64,000 bases of DNA from Gnetum montanum (taxonomy: Eukaryota; Plantae; Gnetophyta): NCBI GenBank assembly GCA_015680685.1, contig MNCI01001832.1:67404-131403 (forward strand), given 5' to 3'. Shown here in pieces: positions 40,503-52,488 of this stretch. The notes under the pieces are model-generated. The model ran no database searches and had not been told where the DNA came from. It was given only the letters and a program-made list of their open reading frames with translations. The translations under genes and the position numbers were made by a program. The first letter of the stretch is position 1, and every line of letters begins with the position of its first letter.

Positions 40503-41450
40503 TCAGTCAAAAGCGTGGCCACTGAAGAGGTGGAAGCGGTGCACGTCGAGCACGATCTGGCGAACGGAGGCCACGACGCCGAGCGCGCCGACGCAGGAGA
40601 AGACGCACATGATGGCCACATTGACGCAGTACACGGCGCTGTTGCGCGGGGGGAGGAGCGCCATGTTGTACAGCAGCATGGGCAGCACGAAGTCCAGAGG
40701 AATGAAGCCGAGGGAGCCCACGAGCGCGTTCACGTCGCCGAAGAAGGGCAGCATGGCGGCCAACACGGCGCACAGCGCCACATACGCGCCCCGCAAGGCC
40801 ACCCGCGCCAGCACATTCCGCCACGCCATGACGCCGAGCCGTGCGTCGGCGGCGCGCTTCTCCATGATGTCGTAGGCCACCTGCGAGTACACCAGCGCTA
40901 TGGCCAGCAGCTGCACCAGAATGCACGCCACCGCAAGTCCCAGCAGCCACTGTGGCGCCAGCGCCGGGCCGGAATCCGGCGCCAGCGATTTCAGAATGTT
41001 GGCGTCCGCGGCGTTGCCGAGCGCCCAGTAGCCCGACGCCGCCACCGAGTAAAACGTCGCGGCCACCACCGCGTAGCACATGCCCAGCGCCTTCAGCATC
41101 TTGCCCTGCGCCGGGGCCGCCAGCGTTGCCTGGATTTCCGGCAGGATCCCGTTGCCCAGAATGGTGCCCAGAATCGAGAGCGCACTGAAGGCGTTCAGCA
41201 TTCGGATGCCCCCCGTTTTCCCCTTGAGCGAGTAGTCCTTGGGCGGCGCCCGCGCCGACTTCCCCGCCATCACGCACGCCGCCACTATGCAGAAGCTGTA
41301 CGTCACGCTCAGCAGCAGCGAGGCCAGGTTTATGTAGCGCAGCGAGTGGAACGACGGCAGCTGCGACAGGATCATCATCACCCCCGCCACCATTGCTATG
41401 AAGTGGTACAGCTTCAGCTCCCCGTTGCTCACCACGTTATCGTACAGTAT
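40503..41450 (-). CDS. GAT2: GAT2-like coding exon 3
   Basis: Acceptor TTGCAG| at 41451; ILYDNVV...FSGHAFD then TGA. Confidence 0.93.
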   Translation of the reverse strand: MLYDNVVSNGELKLYHFIAMVAGVMMILSQLPSFHSLRYINLASLLLSVTYSFCIVAACVMAGKSARAPPKDYSLKGKTGGIRMLNAFSALSILGTILGNGILPEIQATLAAPAQGKMLKALGMCYAVVAATFYSVAASGYWALGNAADANILKSLAPDSGPALAPQWLLGLAVACILVQLLAIALVYSQVAYDIMEKRAADARLGVMAWRNVLARVALRGAYVALCAVLAAMLPFFGDVNALVGSLGFIPLDFVLPMLLYNMALLPPRNSAVYCVNVAIMCVFSCVGALGVVASVRQIVLDVHRFHLFSGHAFD

Positions 41451-43314
41451 CTGCAACGCACATGACCAGAATTATTGTCCGGGCCGTCCGTTGGAGGCAG
41501 AATTGGGATGAAAATACTAGAGATAATCGGGTTTCAGGTGACCTGTAGGCACTCCGCGGCCAGCAGAATACAGCCTATGCCGACGCCCATGTTGATAACC
41601 GTCTGCACCGACACCACGAAGTAAAACATCCGACCTGAACCTGCATTCACGCGGCGGCAGCCCCCAAATCCGTGCGTTAGTCAATTTTTCATTAAAAAGT
41701 CTGCCATTAAAGACAGCGAATTCGAAGAGTCCGTGACAAATATTGGTGGTATACAACATGAATTTTATATGAAAAAACTATAGTATTAAAAATCGGTCTG
41801 TTTGACTCAATCAGATTTGCATAAATCGTCATACAGCGATTTATTGGAATTCTGTCCGAACCAACGCTTTCCGGAAACGGAAATTTACCGGTTATCACGC
41901 AATACTTCATCCTAAAGATTTCATTATGCAAAGAAACACCTGTACGGCTGCACTGGAAGCCCTCAGTTTCCCCCTCAAGGTACCTCCACTAGTTCCTTTG
42001 TCAACAAATCCCCGGAAGTTTGGGTTTTAATTAACCCCCAAGAAAAAATAGTTAATGGAATTTCTTTCATCTTCGCATTCAGGGCAAACTGCCGAGATAG
42101 TTGCGAGATGTGCTGGCAGATAAACTCCCGAAAACGTTGCGAGCCGTGATAGTTGATAGCTCTACAGACTGTTTAAAAAAAGGTCAGGGTCATCACTCTA
42201 CACTCAGACCATGCTTGAGATAAACTGATATTTCCGGTCCACCCTGCCGAACTTGCTGGTCTATTTTCTGCTGAAAATATATGCTTTGATACAGTTCAAT
42301 ATTTCCCGTTCGGAGTGCTCGACGATGACGAACTCGTAGATAAAATAGACGGCCACTATGCCCAAAAGCCCGGAGTGCTCGACCTCCAAGATAAAATAGA
42401 CTGGCAGTATGCCCAAAAGACCCGCTGCAATATGCTGAGGTGTAATTACTTCGTAGGGAGGGTTAAATTCCTGAGCCCCGAACGTGGATTTGCCGTTGTA
42501 TTATTCAAATCAGTTCAGATGAGCTCAGAATTCCAGGGCCATATAGCTTTTGTGGAAGCTTGGATGAATGTAGGAAAAGCTGATCTTTAAGATTAAATCT
42601 AGGTCTTACCAATAAATAATCACTTCATCATGTCTGTCATAATTACACATTTTGAAATTTCATTACGTCCCTAGACCTTCTGAAACAATATAAATACACA
42701 TGCTGTAAATTTTGAAAAAATCCTTAAGAAAACTACCGGTATTCTTACTAAGATTTGCAATAAATCAGCCATCTATCAACCGCTGAGATGGATGAACACA
42801 TACCCATTTTCATACTGGGTTGAAGGGTCGCGTAACAGTCACAGTTTGCAGACGAAAAAACGAGGAGTACCGTGCATTGGTTGAATAAAAAAAATGAAAG
42901 AGATTGCAGGTAGGTGGACAATGGAGAAAGCCTACCAAGAACGTCAGCGGCGAGCTCACGGAAGCGGATATGGCGACGGCCCTGGGATTCGCAATGGTCG
43001 AGAACGCGAGACATGAGAAAGTAGGCGTACAGAGTAACAGCAGCGGCGACTGTGAGCGCTACGAAGCCAGGCGCCCAACCTAAGGCAGCCATGGCGTACG
43101 GCAGCGACACAAGCGTTGGTCCTACGATGGCCGTTGTGAGGTGAAAGCCGGCGTGCCACCATTTTCCCTTTCCCTGCAACACGAAAGCAGCCCCCGCGTC
43201 TCCCTGCGCCTCCTCCTCCTCCACCATTACCAGCCGCTGCCCTGTTTCTGCCTCCGTCATCGCCCCGCCTTTTTCCATGGCAGGCAGTTTCTCAGCGTCG
43301 CCGTTGTGCGCCAT
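40503..43314 (-). CDS. GAT2: Probable GABA transporter 2-like (AAAP/ATF amino-acid transporter, GAT/ProT branch), 474 aa, join complement(42936..43314,41543..41640,40503..41450)
   Basis: Motifs [44 protein letters not shown]|SGRMFYFVV...CLQ|[34 protein letters not shown] and [14 protein letters not shown] closely match plant GAT2 (Arabidopsis At5g41800-type). Introns are GT-AG and the frame is conserved (379+98+948=1425 nt). Confidence 0.93.
41543..41640 (-). CDS. GAT2: GAT2-like coding exon 2
   Basis: Acceptor ATGCAG| at 41641; encodes (G)[32 protein letters not shown]; donor CAG|GTCACC. Missed by the ORF track in this frame. Confidence 0.9.
42936..43314 (-). CDS. GAT2: GAT2-like coding exon 1
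   Basis: ATG at 43314 (MAHNGD...); donor G|GTAGGC at 42935, phase 1. Confidence 0.9.
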
Positions 43315-44272
43315 CGAAATCAAAAGCTATATCTTCCTGCAGCACCTCATAAATATGAAACGGAAAATTCAGTCGTGGCCATGGAAACATCGTCTTGTAT
43401 TTGCTCAAATGTCAAGAGTCTGCTGTTCTGCAGTTTGCTATCCGTAATATACTTGACTAGCGGCACTAACTAATGATCCGGTGAAACTTGCAAAATCCAC
43501 GCAGTTTGCCATCGGTAATACTACTTAACAAGCGGCGCAAACTAGCGATTGGGTCAAGTTTTCCAAATTCAAGAGAGAATGCCTAAACTTCATATCAAAT
43601 CAGAGTCAAAAAGTCTGCGAGTAATTTTATTGCAGTATGGTCTGCGTTCAAAGTTCATACATGTCGTGGGGGTTGATGCTAGAGTAGACTGCACGTGTAC
43701 GTACAGTGCACGCATTTAACGCCAGCAAAAACAAATATTACCACTTCCATATTGCTGCAGGTAAACACGAGCTCATGCGAAGTCCGATGCCCAGGCGGCC
43801 AGGCCCAAGCTACAAGTGTAAAGAAAGATTGCTGGAACAGATTACATGGCCCTGATTTTGCGATTCTAGGCTGGATCCGCAGGCAGTGCCGCGCTGTTGT
43901 GTGTCTTGAAGCCGCTTTTCCTCCCTTTTTGTTAGCAGGCCTTGCTGTTACGGCCCAAGTGCTTCTTGCATTACTGCTTTTTCTGGGATTCCATTCGTTC
44001 AATAGTTGTTGTTGGCAAAGCCTTTTCGTAAAGAACTCTGCGGCTCTGGTATTCTGGTTAAGAAAAGAATCCTGTCATCATTAGGTTGACGTGTTTTTTA
44101 TGAAAAAGAAAACTCTGCAAAATAAAAGACCAAAGAAAAAGAAAAGCTTGAAAAGAAGGTAGAGGACCAAGTACATGTATATAAATTAGACGGGGCGACT
44201 TCGAAGTTGCAGATCCGGATCCGGCCTCGGCCTGCAACACGATCGAGCACGATCGAGGAGCGAAGAATGAGT

Positions 44273-44540
44273 CCACCCATCTTATTATGGGGGGTTGTTA
44301 AGGTGAGCTACAAGCTGGAGAAGAAAAATAATAACCAAAACCTTAACAGAGCCCAATGACCACCCATCTTATTATGAATTACATGACCACCCATCTTATT
44401 ATGAATTACATGAATTACATGAACATGCATTGGGCCCTTTCAAAGGTCGGGCGAGGTGATTTGTACAGATTTGGGGGTTGTTAAGGTGAGCTACAAGCCG
44501 GAGAAGAAAAATAAAAACCAAAACCTTAACAGAGCCCAAT
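44273..44540. repeat. Mosaic of short duplications upstream of the GAT gene
   Basis: 68-bp direct repeat at 44290-44357 and 44473-44540; 27-bp tandem pair at 44357-44410; ccacccatcttattatg occurs three times. Confidence 0.9.
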
Positions 44541-45710
44541 ATTGCAAGATGACCCCCAGTCACCTGCAACAAGACAAAAGCTTATGGCACCCCCGGGACG
44601 ACAGCTGAAAAAAGAGACCAATACAACTAATTCAAAATTTAGAAAAAGGTAATATTAGTGATAAAGCCTAGTTCTCGACATTGAAGTTGAACATTACTAG
44701 CAATAGAGCATTTCATACCGTAGTCAAATTCATTGTAGTTTGTGTTGTGATACCAAGCATCTAGGCGACATTTCCAAATAAAGAAGATAATCTCGAATAA
44801 GAGGATTTTCCAGGCTTTTTGAAGGTGACGCTTAACACAATCATCTTGATTTGTACAGATTTGGTTACAGTCTACGAGCGCTGTTTATATAGAAAGCGTT
44901 GGAAATATATAGAAAGGCCTGAAAATATACAATCAGGTATGGTTCCCAGCCTGTATTATGCGTTTTATTTTTTCACAAAATGGTAAGAAAATAAGTTGTT
45001 TTTAGCATGTGGCTTGTAGTCTCCAAGTATTAGGTAAGGCAGCAAGAAGATATGTGTGAAAGGTGTCTTCTGTGTAGGGATAAAGTATGTTAATATTCGT
45101 GTATATCGAAGGTCTGAGTAGCTGCGAGAGACTGCCGTGTGTGAAAAAATAGAATGATAGAAAATATGGATGAAAATAACTGCATTAGGATAAAAATATC
45201 CTAATTTTCATCTATATCTACGTTTTGACAAACTCTGAAAGGCGGTCGCGTGTGGAAAAAATTATCGCGTTGACTTTGATTAAACAAATGGATGCCGTTG
45301 CGATACCGTGTTATGTGATATTATTTTGAGTTCTTTGACACACTCAAATGGATACTGTTGCATTTTTGGCAGGTTCGCCGGACGCCATTACTCCACACGG
45401 ACGGAAAGTAGACAAAGTAGGTCGATTCTGGATTTATGCGCGGGCCCTGCGGTCATTAGGCTGGGCCAGTAATAGCATACCTTATGACCGGATTTTTAGT
45501 TACATGTCTCCCGACTTTCTTAGAGACGGGACTCTTAATATTAAAGGACTTATGGGACCCTTACGTATATATGATACATCTGTATGAAACTAATGAAAGT
45601 ATTACCATGGAAAGAGACATTAGGGCTGAATTTGAGCCTTGCACGTTGGAGGACGAACTTTAAGGTGGAGCATGTTTGATGTTCCAGGTCACATGGTCGT
45701 ATCTCTCTCA

Positions 45711-46967
45711 CTAAAATAATTTGCAAAGTGTATTGATGGAGATGGTCTTTGGATGACTTATGCTAAGAATAATAATAGTTGATTTTCTAATAATTTTCTT
45801 CATTGTTTTCTCTTTTCTCATGTCATTTCTATTCTTGTTTCTCAAGTTCTTAAATAAATTTGAAAGACATAGTGCAAGCTTAGCAGGTATTGGAATTACA
45901 ACCATATTACTAAAAATATGCTTAAGCAAATTAGCCCATGGTGACTTTAATAAAGGGACCTGGGCTACTAATTCATCTAGATTATGTACTGTTAAAGCAA
46001 ATTTGGTATCACTATAGTTTCTTGTCTACTTATGCATGATAGATGGATTGCATGGAAAAAGGCTTCTAGCCTTTATGGTTTGAATAGAGAGAAAAAAAGT
46101 TTTTGAAAAATTAATTTTTGATGTTGAGAATTTATTTACAATTGACAATAGTTTGCATCAAGCTTTTCTAGACATTTTTTGGAGGGATGGCAACTCAGTT
46201 TTTCCTTTTGACTCCAAATTTGCATATGATACCACCACACTTTTTGGAAGGATGGCAACTCAATTTTTCCTTTATAACAAATTCAATGAGGCTTTGAAAA
46301 TGTGGTTACCACCACACTATTGGATGAGGAAAATGGAAGATATTTGGAGAGTTTTAACCTTTCCAAAAAAATTGTATTTTTTTTTGGGTGTCTTATTCAT
46401 CAAGGTCTTCCTATTGGCACTCATCCTTGACATATGGGAATTGTTTCTCCTCAATATCCTCTTTGTGAAAGTGAAGACTCATTTTCTTATGTTTTTATTT
46501 TTATTTTTTATTTTTTAGAACATCTTGTTGCACACCATGCTTGAAAATGGACATCTAGAATTTGTAACAACTTTCAACCAAATATCAACAATATCATTCT
46601 TAGTGTTCAACCTACTTGGTCTACTTCCTTTTTCTACATTTGGAAATGCCTTAGGCCACTTGTTCTCTATTCTATTTAGAAGCTTTAATGTGCAATTAGG
46701 TTTCAGCAACAAGAGCATAACTATGTCATTTCTTCAAAAGTTAAATATTTGATTCTTAAAGGTGTTGCTTTTCAATTACAACTTCAAGCAAAAAAACCTT
46801 CCAGTATTACTATTATTATTATCTGTTTTTATTTTAGAAGGTTTAAGGATGTGAAGTTGTCAACTTATATTGGTTTTTGTTTATTTTTTTTCTTATTGAA
46901 GCTTTTTTTATCTTTAAAAAGAGAGTTTTCTCCTTCATTTTATAAGAAGCTCTTTAGTAGAAAGTGA
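45711..46967 (-). mobile_element. Probable highly degenerate retroelement fragment
   Basis: Abrupt return to CpG-depleted composition, Lys-rich minus-strand ORF fragments and a knuckle-like CGGNH at ~46310; no diagnostic domain. Confidence 0.3.
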
Positions 46968-47730
46968 AAATTCATGAGTGCTTCCAAATAAGGGCAAGCT
47001 ATGATCTTTTTACTACCCTAGAGAGAATTTTGTAGGATTGGTTAAAATGATGAAAATCTAAAAAGACATCTCAAAACCATTGGAATCCTCTAAATTCTTT
47101 CTTTGTTGATCTATTGTACTTTGAATTTTTTTAATATTATTATTCATTTTTTTGGTTTGACACTCCCTCTCCCTCCCAACAAAAAATATCATATCAAACA
47201 AAAACTCTCTACATCGTCACATGGAAAATTTCACATTGGAGTTTTTGGGTTTAGTTTTGAAGTAGTGATGAAAAATATGCAATGTCTTCATGTCATCTAT
47301 AAAATTCACAACTTCCAATGTAATAACAATTACGAACTTCAATTAACATCTCCAAGCCACAACTCTACCTAGGCTTATACTATAACTTCTACAAAGAACT
47401 ATCTTAGGTACTATAAAGAGTCATTTTATTAGTTGAAGCTCACTTTTATGTTCATGTGACTCGGCCATCCATGTGTGTAAGTAATGCTTACCATCAAAAT
47501 ACTTACTTGTAGGTTTAAGTATAGTCTCAATGCAACATTGAAAAGTTATTATAAGTGGATGAGGTGTTAGCATAATAGTAAAACTCTTGATTTGATAACT
47601 ATAAGTAATGGGTTATTGGATATAACTCTTTGATTTTATATATGTTAAACACCAAAAATAAAAGTTATCACGAGAACTTGAACTAGCTAAATCATTTATG
47701 AATTGTTTATATTTCTACTATACTACTACC

Positions 47731-49087
47731 TATTGACCTTTTGGTATGTCAAAACCTTAAGGAAAATGGAGAATATAGAATGTATGTGTGTGATTGTGAT
47801 TCTGTAGGGCATGAATAAGAAATTCACAAAGAAATTTGAGAACTCAAGCAAATGAAATATATGTTAAGATGTCAAAATGAAGACTACATGAGCAAGATGA
47901 GAGCATGGATGAAAACGAAGTCTACAAATCAAATGAAGATGCTTCGAGGACTATCAAGAAGACAAATTGAAAAGAGAATGCCTCAAATTTCAAAGTTTAA
48001 AAGTTGAGTATATGTCTTCAAAAAATAGCAGACATCTATCTTCCACAATTGATGTTTCACTTTCCAAGTAGATGTCTCTCCTGCATTAAGGGTAATCTCA
48101 TATAGAGGTCTAAACTTCAAAGTAGATGTCTACACTAGCCATTTGGTAGTTGTTGCATGAATTCTAAGGAGTTTGCAAAAACTTTGAGGCTATAAGATGA
48201 TGTCAAAATCTTGGCAATTATGCAAGCACTGTAAACATAAAATTCTTCATTGTTTATTCTAAGCAACTCTATTCTTGCTTTTCATTGTAACATCATTTAC
48301 TTGATTGTAATTGTACTAAGCTTCAAGTACAAGGATTTGTAGATTTAATTGCACACTTTCCTTATTTTTTTCAAATCTTTCTTCTTTCTTCTAGCCCTAT
48401 GAGGTTGATGTGCTTCTTGTATGAAGACATTTTTATTGAGCTTGTCAAGATCCTACGGGATTAAGTGGTTTTGTGGCATCAAAACACTTCGAAGCGGAGC
48501 TCAATTTTGTAAAGGTTGTGGGATCCTCTAAACTACATTTTGAGCTCATTCGGACCTTGCAAAGTTGAGTGGTTTCATAGCAATGAAACACTCTAAAGTG
48601 AAGCTCAAAGCTTGTATAGGGAGTAATGCCCTTCAAACCACATTTTTTTTGTAGAAACAAACTTTGAAGGTATGCACAAATTCCACCCTTCAAGTGTGGG
48701 TGTACCCAAGTTGGGGAACCACCTAAAATCTGGTATGTTTTTGTGGTTGGTGCATTTTCAATAGGAGAACTTATTTATCCCTCCTTCTAAGTTCTCAATT
48801 CACAAGTGGTATCAAAGATCGATAATTTCACTTAGATAATGCAACATGAACATGGAAGGGGCAACTAATATGAGATCATTAGCAACTGTCAGATTCAATT
48901 GGATAAATAGACTAATATGCTTCATAAAATTCTTGAAGAGTTACATTCAACTCCTCTACTACATTAGTAAACATAAAATTTCTATTTCCTCTTCTACTTT
49001 CAATTGGATATGTATTAGAAGAGGTCATATGGCCTCTAAAAGAGATTGTAACTGTAGGTCCAGTAACATCTATAACAATTTGGATAA
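47731..49087 (+). mobile_element. Copia (same Sirevirus-like family) 5' LTR (47731-48804), PBS (48807-48817) and internally deleted gag stub
   Basis: Reverse-complement homology to 9092-10150 (gaccttttggtatgtcaaaa; cccaagttggggaacca); tggtatcaaag PBS; MNMEGATNMRS... then WICIRRGHMAS knuckle. Interrupted by an Athila LTR at 49088. Confidence 0.8.
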
Positions 49088-51439
49088 TGATGAATCATCA
49101 TTTGGCTAAGATATCATAGATGCTATATTGCTGATGCTACATCACATCTGCATTGTAGCATCCTTGTCGATGCATCTCAATTGGCTACTACATCACAGAT
49201 ACTACATCACATCTGCTATAACTTAGCTATGTCAATGCATCCTCGTTGACGCATGGGTTGACACATTGACACATATGCATTGATGCAATCTCTATCTTCA
49301 CCTATAAATATGTGAGTACCCACTGTGTATTTGACATCTTTCAGTCATTTTAGTAGCTAAACTCTTGCAGTTTCATTTCATGATTTTAGTAAACAATCAG
49401 TGAGTGACCGCAGTGTGAATTTGAGTGAGTTGTATGACATCTTATTTGAGTGGCATTATACGTGGACATAATCCATGAATAACAATAAGACCAAGATTGA
49501 TTCATATTCATTACAGTAATGTAACTTAGATTAGATTTACTTTCCATGCAATTTACTTTTCATTTACTTAGTTAATATTTACATTTTCACACATATTAAT
49601 CAATTGGCAAAATAAGTGCGACTAGCTTCAACCATGAACATGTATTTGCTTGGTAATCCCAGTAGTATTATTGCTTAGCTTGCCCAGTAGTGTAATGCTT
49701 AGTAATCCCAGTAGTGGATACATGGGTTCAGGACATGTACAACAAACTGGGAATGGACACTCATCATCCATAGGCTATTTTAACATTTATCTTCCTGTTT
49801 TAAATTAGATTAAATAATTAATTTCTCTATTATTGTTAAGATTAGCATAAGGTAAAAATAACATCAACCATCATATGCCTCACGTTGGACTAAATCATAT
49901 GTGACAAAGCTACCAATAGTCCAAGTGGAAGACAATGTCCAGTGATCAACACTTAACAATTTAGATGCCACAACTAGTTCCATCCATGGAATTCAAACAA
50001 ATTACACATGAATGCTCATGATTCATATGGTCAGGCATAGGGGACACCCACCGCTCATCATTGGCACTATTGCCAGGGATGGTGCTAGTTATCTAGATTA
50101 GTTATATTATAAAAAATCATTGTAAAAGTAATAACGATTTATCTTTCAAAAAATATTAATATTTAAAGTCACACACGCTATCAAATAAAATCATGTCTTC
50201 TTTCTATAGAACCAAGAATGCATCACATGATGAAAAGACTCATAGGAGAAATGATAAGATTTGTACTAAAGAGAATTGGAGTGAAAAACCTCAAGCAAGG
50301 GTTTCATATGCTCATTTAGATCCTTACTACACTCAAAGACTATGTTCAACTAACATAAGCAATCTTAGAAGTGATGGAGTAATTCCTAGAACAAGGAGGT
50401 CCTAAAGGCCTAGAACCACCTCCAAACCTAGAAGAGATAAATCAAGGGATTACATAAAAAGATATAGCATCCATGGAAATTCTTCGATTTCACCATCTTT
50501 CTCTTTGTCTTCCATGTCTAGTTCTAATGAAGATGAATGAGGTATAAAGATAGAGCTCCACTAAAGGGTCAAGATGGAGATAAAAATACAATGTAAGGAC
50601 AAGATGAAAGACATCAAAGTGAGCATAGACAAGAATAGTGTAATAAAAAAAATAAAAATAGAGATTATCACTATGACATTTATAATGCTAAGGAACCCTT
50701 GTTAGCTACTAGGGGCATGAATTAGATTAGGGAGGTAGTTCAAATACCTCATAGGCGTCAAAGGGAAAGTTACATCAAATAGCTTTATATGAACAAGATT
50801 CCTAGATTTAAGGGAGGCTATAATTATGATTCATAACATCATTAACAAGCCTTCCATGATGCTTGCACCTTGCAAAATATCAAAAGTAAGTGGAAAAAGC
50901 TTAAGCTCTTTCCTAGGATACTAATAGATAAATTTAAAAGTTGGTATAAATTGTTGAAACCAGATTCAATCCATTGGTGGTCCACAATGCTAGAACGTTT
51001 CAACGAAAAATACCAAACCTATGCAAGAGTGTCCAATCTGAGAAAACAAATCCAAGGATGAAAGCTAGGACAACATGAATTCTTGGATATGACCTTGGAT
51101 AGATAATATTTCCTACTACATAGATATCCATGCCATGATTTTTCTCAAAAAGAGCAGCTTTTCCCCATCATAGATGAAATTTGTAATCAAATGAGCAAGA
51201 CCCTTGGGATTTATGCCCAAGGTCAGTTATTCAAATTGAAAGCCCATTAGATACAATGGTTGATTAAGTAGGTGGCAAAAGAAGAAGGAGAACTATGTAA
51301 ATGAGAGAATGTAGAGGAATATAATGAGGGACCAACTCTTCAAAAGAATGAGGTCCATATCTATAATACGAAAAAAGAGGCATCTCTTGATGAGGTGATT
51401 TCATAAAAAACCTTATCAATACAAAAGTCTATTGCTAAG
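49088..51439 (+). mobile_element. Athila-type element 5' part: LTR 49088-50060, tRNA-Asp PBS 50062-50079, gag remnant 50193-51439
   Basis: tgatgaat...gctcatca; tggcactattgccaggga is a CpG-decayed TGGCGCCGTTGCCGGGGA; gag LKLFPRILIDKFKSWYKLLKPDSI. Interrupted at 51440. Confidence 0.85.
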
Positions 51440-52488
51440 TGATGAGTCATCATTGGTTGGCTGCGTCGACGAGGCCCCGTCAATGCATTTTGTCCTATGT
51501 CAACGAGGCCTTGTTGATGTAGTGTTTATCCATTACCTATAAATACATGCCTACCAGCCACATTTATGGAGAGTCCAAATTTTAGTAGTAGTAAAGCTCT
51601 TACATTGTTTGCATTTGAAGTTAGAATCTTTTCCCTGAGTGCCCATAGTAGGAGTCATTGAGTGTATGGATCTTTGTGCGAGCATTGTTGTACTTAAGCA
51701 TGATAGTGTGTGTGGCAATAAAGATGAGCTTTCTGATAAACCTTGTAGCACTTTGGATAGATTACCTATTTTATTTATGCATTTAATGTTTTCAATTATT
51801 TATTAAATGCTTTCAATTAGTTATCAAATATTTTTTAGTTATTACATTAATGAGACAATTAAGAGAAATAGATTACACACATAAGTACAACTGCTTCAAA
51901 TGTAACACATATTCACTTGGTAATCCCAGTAGTGTTATCACTTAGTACACCCAATAGCATAGCGTTTGGTCGCCCAGCAGTGGATATGTGGGTTCATGAC
52001 ATGTACGAAAAGTGGGAACAAATACTTATGTTGGGATTAGCTAAATGATTAGTTAATTAGTAATTTAGATTAGTTAATTAAACTCCTTTTATTTGCATTT
52101 CAAGCACCAAAATATAAAATACAAAATGATAAAAATTGGATGCCTTAGTTACACTTAACCATACCAACATACATCATAAGTGTAATTGGGAGGACAACAA
52201 TTGACCTTATGGCTAAATTCACTTCCTAAAGGGCTAGTGCATTGAAAACAATAAAGTCTGTAGAATTTGACTAGATTGTGCGTGAACACTTGTGATTCAT
52301 ATAGTTGGGTGTAGGGGTACCTTGCTACTCATCATTGGCACCATTGTTGGGGACTTTGTTTGTGGAACATGTGCTATTTAGGTCTAAGTGGATACCACTA
52401 ATATAATTGTATGAACCTAAAGGTTAATAACATTCCCACTATACATAAATTATAAAAGCACACTGATAATTTCATTTTGTTTTACAAA

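Noticed and set aside
40507-41465. Long overlapping ORFs (40515-41465 +, 316 aa; 40507-41277 -, 256 aa)
   Set aside because: Shadow ORFs expected from the very high GC3 of GAT exon 3; low-complexity His/Arg/Gly/Ala products.
42315-42590. 91-aa plus-strand ORF in intron 1
   Set aside because: GTG start, built partly from a local tandem duplication, no recognisable domain.
42748-42935. C-terminal extension of the 191-aa ORF ([10 protein letters not shown]...)
   Set aside because: Read-through into intron 1; homology continues in exon 2 at 41640.
45348-45587. 79-aa ORF upstream of the GAT gene
   Set aside because: No recognisable family or splice context; short ORFs are expected in this GC-richer island.
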